Assembly (NCBI GenBank): GCA_024278215.1
Contig: JAJRTR010000138.1
Span: forward strand, 3,747-67,746
Source: a bacterium
GTDB taxonomy: Bacteria > UBP15 > UBA6099 > JAJRTR01
Direction of reading: 5' to 3'
Length of the DNA stretch: 64,000 nt
The notes beneath the pieces were generated by a model. That model searched no databases, was not told where the DNA came from, and saw only the letters and a list, made by a program, of their open reading frames with translations. Numbering within the stretch: the first letter of the stretch is position 1; each line of letters starts with the position of its first letter. Shown one piece after another: positions 60,530-64,000 of the stretch. The position numbers were made by a program, and so were the translations under genes.

Positions 60530-61735
60530 TTAGTTATTCACCAGTCTGCCTGTCAATTCTTCGATATTTGTTAGTCCTTCTTCATCGTTGATTGCACTGA
60601 AAGCTTCCGATGCCTGGTCGAGATACCGTTGCGCTTCTGCGTTGTTTCCCATCTCTAAATGAGTTCTTGCATAATACTCGTTTACTGTTCCAATCAGCGG
60701 AGTTATCTCATTGCCGGTCACAAAATGGTGCGCCGATCTGAGCAATACGAGATAATCACCCCATTTTTTAAGTTCAAGGCATGAATACCACATGGTTTTC
60801 AAGAGGTGAACCATCGCGCCGTAATCGTTATTTCCCATAGCTGTGTTGTATGCCTGATTCAAAACATCCCATGATTCCTGCGGTTGATCGTTTTGTATGA
60901 AAACCAACCCAAGCTCATCCGCAGCTGCAATAAGAACATCATTTTCTTCGGCTCTCGCCGCCTCTTCAATTGTGTTTATGTAATGTCTGATTGCTTCCCT
61001 GAGATCAGCTCCCGAATTCACGATTCTTGAAAGACTCAGCCAGGCACGAGCACAAAACACCGCGCTTCCGTTCTCTGCCCCTGTCTTGTTAATGACCGAT
61101 TGCAGAATGTCTGTCGCCCTGCTGCTGTCGCCTGCTTTATGTAGAGTTTCCGCATGTTTGATCATCAAAAACATCCGGAGTTCGGGTTTGAAGTCTTCTC
61201 TGCAATTTGTCAGCATAAAATCGAGTATCCCCGCAGCCTCTCTATACTCCGCATTCTTTTCTCTAATGTCTGCTATTCTTATCAGCACATTCTGTTTCAT
61301 TTCATCGTCAACAATTCCGATTTCTTCCGCCATCCTATCAAGATTGAGCCATAATATCTGCGCTTTTTTGAAATTATTGATTTTCAGGGCCAACGCCTCT
61401 GCCTGCGCTGTCAGGCTGATCGCCTGATCCTTATCCCTGCCGCGCATCGCCCGGGCCGTCATAGACAGCAGATAGTCCATTCCCAAGTCGACAACCGCCG
61501 TGAAAACTTTATATGGTTCCGGCTCACTGAATCCTTTATTTTCAATAAGTTCCATCATCAATTCTTCGTGGTCTTCCGGATTCTCGACTATTCCGGCAAA
61601 CAGTGGTTTGACTTTCTCATCGCCAAGAACAGCCATTATTCGCTTTTTCAAATCTTTCATATCCGCGCCGACACTCGAGCTTCCCAGGGAATCTCTTATC
61701 TGCTCTATATGTTGTGCCAAAAACACATTGGTCAT
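60530..61735 (-). CDS. TPR-like helical repeat hypothetical protein
   Basis: 401-aa all-helical ORF with MalT/TPR-like motifs (YYARTHLEMGNNAEAQRYLDQA); GGAG RBS. Confidence 0.7.
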   Translation of the reverse strand: MTNVFLAQHIEQIRDSLGSSSVGADMKDLKKRIMAVLGDEKVKPLFAGIVENPEDHEELMMELIENKGFSEPEPYKVFTAVVDLGMDYLLSMTARAMRGRDKDQAISLTAQAEALALKINNFKKAQILWLNLDRMAEEIGIVDDEMKQNVLIRIADIREKNAEYREAAGILDFMLTNCREDFKPELRMFLMIKHAETLHKAGDSSRATDILQSVINKTGAENGSAVFCARAWLSLSRIVNSGADLREAIRHYINTIEEAARAEENDVLIAAADELGLVFIQNDQPQESWDVLNQAYNTAMGNNDYGAMVHLLKTMWYSCLELKKWGDYLVLLRSAHHFVTGNEITPLIGTVNEYYARTHLEMGNNAEAQRYLDQASEAFSAINDEEGLTNIEELTGRLVNN

Positions 61736-62071
61736 ATCTATTCTCCATAAAACGCGATTTGTCTATCCTGGACTTCTCTTGCCGGGCATGTACAATCAAC
61801 TGATTCCAATATTCTGGTCTGCGTAGCACATCTATTGCCCACAGGCTGATCATTATAATCGATACACCGTTAAGGTGTCCACTTTATTGGCGATTTTTTG
61901 TAGTGAATCTACGATACTTCATTGAAATTGTGTTGACTATCCGTTTTTATGGTATATATTATTCTAAGAGCCGATTAAAAAAATCCAATTTTATGCGTAC
62001 GTTCGGTATAGCCCCAACTACGTACCCGCCACTAACATGATATTGTAATCGGCCCAATAATAAACGGTTTT

Positions 62072-62407
62072 GTGAGCACACTATTCATGAATGTAAAGAA
62101 AAAAGGACAATACTGTATTCTTAATCTGAACAACGATTCCAGCCTGCTCCAAGTATCAGGCAGGATACGGGAAACCCTTAATATTCTTCATGATGCCGGC
62201 CACAAAAAAATATGTGTCGATCTCACAAAAGCACCCATCATCGACAGTAGTGTCATTGGTACACTGGTCAGTTACCACGAGGTTTTAAAAAATCAAGGCG
62301 GCGAACTCATCATAATAAATAGCCCTAATCCCGCTCTTGAAGCCCTCTTTAGAATGCAACTCCATAAAGTCCTTCGTATCATAAACAGTGAAGACGAACT
62401 GGATTAA
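62072..62407 (+). CDS. STAS domain anti-sigma factor antagonist
   Basis: ICVDLTKAPIIDSSVIGTLV, GGELII, LHKVLRI; start may instead be ATG 62087. Confidence 0.88.
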   Translation: MSTLFMNVKKKGQYCILNLNNDSSLLQVSGRIRETLNILHDAGHKKICVDLTKAPIIDSSVIGTLVSYHEVLKNQGGELIIINSPNPALEALFRMQLHKVLRIINSEDELD

Positions 62408-64000
62408 ATCCTTAATCTCAATACAAACGCCATTTCGCAATTATGTTGTGTTGTTGTTTTTACATCAATTGCCAGAACAATGAGTTTTGCTTTTTCGCAT
62501 CATTTCATCAGTCTTCAGAATATTTGCTCTACACTCCACATCTCTTTTATCACTTCCAAATATTATTGTAATAATACCGCTATCATAAAAAAGTTCGTAT
62601 TCAATAACTGTCAGTAAATATCCAAGTAAAGAATCAATTCCTGGAACTGACAATATAATTACGCATTGAGAACAAGCGTATTTAATGTTAATTTTATGAT
62701 GTATCAATTCATTGGATCAACATATTACCCTATATATATAACAAACAACATGTTCTTATAGCATCTATAGCACTTTTGCAAATTGCGTGGTAAAGTGTTA
62801 TGCTCAATCCGCTTCAAGCATTTACTCGGTGAACACCCCATCACTTGCCTCAACATCACGGACATAAATATTCCGGCCAACATAGAGAAATAGTATTGGT
62901 CATTACAGGAATCGGATTCACAAATAGAAAAATAGTCGCAATTCTATGTTCATTGGGAAATACGCCACTATAACGGACAATAATTCCTCAAAGTTTACTC
63001 TGTGATTGCGCTGATAGGTGTACTGCACTCCTATTGCCCTCGTTTGGCCACGTAAAACAGCACAAAAAAGACAATAAAGAAGATTCTCGTATCCAGCGGC
63101 AATAGCACAGTATTCCTATTGCAGAAATTATGTATATTGATACTCTCGATTTTTGTTCGGGACCGCTTATTAGCGTAATTAGCATATCGTTTTATCTTTA
63201 TATAGAGTATTAACATGATCATTTGTTTAATAGAATATTTACGTGAATATACAAAGGCGTACATAAGCAGAAATTTATAGGGTTTTCAGGAGGAATTCAT
63301 AAATGCAGTGAGACCTTTCGGTATAATGCTCGATCGCGTTATTCCTACTTTCTAAGCATGGTTATAGATGGCTTTTGTCGTGCACGGAATATTCACAATT
63401 ACATAATTCCGTAATTATAATCATAAATATATTCAGGAGGACCTTTATCCAACGAACACAGAGAAGTAGTTTGTCACAATGCCTTGTAGAGAAATGAGGT
63501 AGTTCTGCTTACAAATATACGGAATGTACCCATAAATTTTAAATAATAACACAATGTATGCAGGAAAAAGGCATTTTAATAAAAATGAAAACCGAAAAGT
63601 GCCTTGACGAGGCTTTGAGGCATTGGTGCATACTCCCCTTTATCGTGTGATGACAGTAGACAATGTGCAATATAATGCACAACATTAAAGGAATCAATGG
63701 ATGTAGGTCTGTATGGACTTTGTTGTAGACAGAAAGGGCTTTGCCTTTACACAGAGGATATGGATTATAAATTGATCCAATCAGTATGAGGCCACATGGG
63801 TATACGAATTACCGGCATGGGTAACCTTGTGAATTGATTTTGTTGTCTATGCCAGGTAATACTGTCCGGGCACATTTCCTATAGAACTCCCAACGCATAC
63901 AACTGCAGGGGTATAGACTGGACATTGTGGAGTGGCACGATTGTCGTATGAACGGATATTGCAGAAAATGAAAGTCCAACTCCCGTCTAACCAGGATGGG

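Noticed and set aside
1-64000. CRISPR array or cas genes
   Set aside because: No run of identical repeats with unique spacers and no Cas motifs; the repeats seen are dispersed or short tandem

Overview
Bacterial chromosomal window. About 40 protein genes and a tRNA-Leu(CAA) are supported; I found no rRNA, CRISPR array or autonomous transposase. 1-49 kb is mostly housekeeping and envelope genes: an exopolysaccharide locus (wzc, a divergent ParB paralogue, O-antigen ligase/Wzy, two GT4), PfkB kinase, cyclophilin, poly-HAMP chemoreceptor, FabH, lytic transglycosylase, SPOR protein, a giant PRC-barrel/coiled-coil gene interrupted by one in-frame TAA, clpC, carD, oppABCD with a circularly permuted OppA, a GH36-like glycosidase, a FabK/NMO-like flavoprotein, TolB-like and TPR proteins, and ilvD. 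About 51.4-56.7 kb and 60.3-64 kb look more AT-rich by eye. The first of these carries the most intriguing module: an Xer-type recombinase, a 1.27 kb spacer (candidate structured RNA, DnaA-box matches, phased repeats), an operon of three DNA-binding proteins (Xis/BldC-like, MerR-HTH plus coiled coil, winged helix) and a perfect parS palindrome. Intergenic regions hold several families of non-autonomous MITE/REP-like repeats, including a filled/empty insertion-site pair. All product calls come from motif recognition by eye; no database search was run.
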